Positions 62,525 through 64,000 of a stretch of DNA of 64,000 bases are shown piece after piece (within the stretch, counting starts at the first letter, position 1; the number at the start of each line of letters is the position of its first letter). The notes under the pieces were generated by a model. It was not told where the DNA came from, did not search any database, and saw nothing but the letters and a program-made list of their open reading frames with translations. The position numbers were made by a program, and so were the translations under genes. Source of the stretch: a virus. The stretch is from the IMG/VR virus record IMGVR_UViG_3300048918_000089, positions 18,457-82,456 of that record, one strand, 5' to 3'.

Positions 62525-63852
62525 CACTTGACGTCCTCGAACGCATCCGCCTCGTCCTTGTCCTCACGAATCTCGACAAAGCGGGGGAGAAAGAGCGACC
62601 AGTTACCTGACTCGTCCATGATCTTCTCATTGTAGAGCACCGCGATGATCTTGCCGACGACGTCCTCAGGCTTGAGTTCTCTCCGCTGCTTGTCTGAGAG
62701 ACCACCGCCGACGTTCACCTTGATGATGCCTTGCAGTGATTCGCAGGCCAGCGCGCCGAGCAGACCTTCATTCTTGGTGCCCTTGCGGCCCTCGACCCAA
62801 CCCGTGCAGAGCAGGTCGCACTCCTTCTCGGCCTTGAACTTGATCTGCGACTTGGAGCGTGTGTCCTCCCATGGCATGTTCTCTTCCTTGAGAATAATGC
62901 CTTCTTGACCTTTCGCGAGATAGTCCTCGAACACAATCTGTGCCCCAGTTAGATCATGGACCCGAGTGGTCTCGACAACAGACACGGCGCCGAACGCAAT
63001 CGCCTGTAGCACGCGAAGTCGCGCATGATATGGGACACCCCACACACCCGTTTCCCAGTTAGTGAAGGGGATGGCGTCCCAGATCGTCGCACGAATGCGG
63101 AACGATTCTTCCTGAGACAGCGTACCCTTCTGTGCCTTGTTCAGGATACCGTTGCCGACCTTGCGCGGGAGAATGTTGCCCTTCGCGTCAACGACGACCA
63201 ACTCGCCGTCGAACACAACATCCTTTGCCCCAGCGAATTGGCCATCGAAGGCCAGCGCCATGTCGCCGAAGGTGTTGTCGAGCGCACCGAGAATGTCGAG
63301 TTCCTTACCGTTGCGTGAGCGATACTCGACGATTCCGTTCTTGACGATGGCGTTGAATCGCATACCGTCCATCTTGCACTGCGCGAGCGCAGGGAACTTG
63401 AACTTCGCGAGGATCTTTTCGTCGTTGGCCGTCGCGAGCATACAAGGAAACTCGGGGATCAGCTTCGGCCAAACCTTGTTGACGGTGTTCGTCTGCGCAC
63501 CGATGCGTGGATCCTTCTTGATGATGCGCTCAAGGACTAGCGCATCCCATTCGGTGAGTGACTCCAGCGTACTCTTGAGGAGCGCGATGGCCGCGTGTCC
63601 CGTGACTTGACGCTGGGCGAGCTTCGGCAGCACTGCAACCATCGCAAGCGACAGCGACAGTTCCTGTGCCTTGCGATTCGATTCAGGCTTGTAGGTGGGG
63701 ATTTTCTTGACGTGAAAGCGCACCATTGGCGACAGTGCGTTCACAAAGAAGGCTTTGAGCACCTCATTCTGCTTGTACTTTCGCAGAATCGCTTCCTTCT
63801 CATTCTTCGACGCGGTTGCTGCGACTTCTTCCAGAATCTTATAGATGCTCAT
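62524..63852 (-). CDS. gp30: ATP-dependent DNA ligase
   Basis: Motif I QCKMDGMRFN; VFDGEL; EGIILK; K.KAEKECDL; VNVGGG; SLFLPRFVEIREDK. Confidence 0.96.
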   Translation of the reverse strand: MSIYKILEEVAATASKNEKEAILRKYKQNEVLKAFFVNALSPMVRFHVKKIPTYKPESNRKAQELSLSLAMVAVLPKLAQRQVTGHAAIALLKSTLESLTEWDALVLERIIKKDPRIGAQTNTVNKVWPKLIPEFPCMLATANDEKILAKFKFPALAQCKMDGMRFNAIVKNGIVEYRSRNGKELDILGALDNTFGDMALAFDGQFAGAKDVVFDGELVVVDAKGNILPRKVGNGILNKAQKGTLSQEESFRIRATIWDAIPFTNWETGVWGVPYHARLRVLQAIAFGAVSVVETTRVHDLTGAQIVFEDYLAKGQEGIILKEENMPWEDTRSKSQIKFKAEKECDLLCTGWVEGRKGTKNEGLLGALACESLQGIIKVNVGGGLSDKQRRELKPEDVVGKIIAVLYNEKIMDESGNWSLFLPRFVEIREDKDEADAFEDVK

Positions 63853-63888
63853 AGACCCTCCTTGATGTTGATCCTGCTCACGTTACTG

Positions 63889-63917
63889 AAGATAGCACCG
63901 GGGACAAGCGAAGTCAA
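63889..63917 (-). promoter_or_regulatory. sigma70 early promoter TTGACT-N17-TATCTT upstream of the ligase
   Basis: -35 at 63912-63917, -10 at 63889-63894; strong SD AAGGAGG downstream. Confidence 0.65.
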
Positions 63918-64000
63918 CCGGATTCCTATGTCCGTGTATTCCAACGACTTAGCGCGTGTTCCCGTAGGGGATCAGGAAGCACTTTGGCACGTCTGAGTGC

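Noticed and set aside
884-63996. Numerous short alternative-frame ORFs in the supplied track
   Set aside because: They overlap well-supported conserved genes and have Arg/Ser/Pro-biased, motif-free translations typical of GC-rich shadow frames.

Overview
A 64-kb segment of a large T4-like (gp20/gp18/gp17/gp55-type) myovirus genome, mostly read on the minus strand. No host chromosomal sequence is evident. In genome order along the window it holds: prohead/portal genes, tail tube and sheath, terminase (with a Zn-finger ORF between the subunits), neck genes, three GFTGS-repeat collagen-like fibres, and a glycosyltransferase/methyltransferase cluster. It continues with a second fibre, a full baseplate set (gp8, gp7-like, gp6, gp25, gp5 with CHAP and GH19 domains, hub, gp53, gp48), then gp4, gp2, gp54, gp26/gp51, a tape-measure-like gene, gp32, gp59 and gp33. 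An accessory region follows (SleB-like hydrolase, subtilase, QueC-like enzyme, tmRNA, a secreted PKD/Ig/beta-helix protein, PD-(D/E)XK nuclease, GIY-YIG endonuclease, phoH, FmdB-type Zn ribbon), ending in DNA ligase. The main observations are: (1) a circularly permuted two-piece tmRNA gene behind a late promoter; (2) a start-less gp51 ORF reachable by a -1 frameshift at G GGT TTT TTC at the end of gp26; (3) two near-identical sigma70-like promoter elements pointing antisense into late structural operons; (4) one homologous beta-sandwich domain appended to both gp15 and the gp7-like wedge protein; (5) a possible virion-glycosylation system beside Ser/Thr-rich fibres; (6) T4 capsid-targeting-like N-termini; and (7) a subtilase ending in a knottin-like Cys framework. 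All calls come from reading motifs by eye; no database search or folding program was run.
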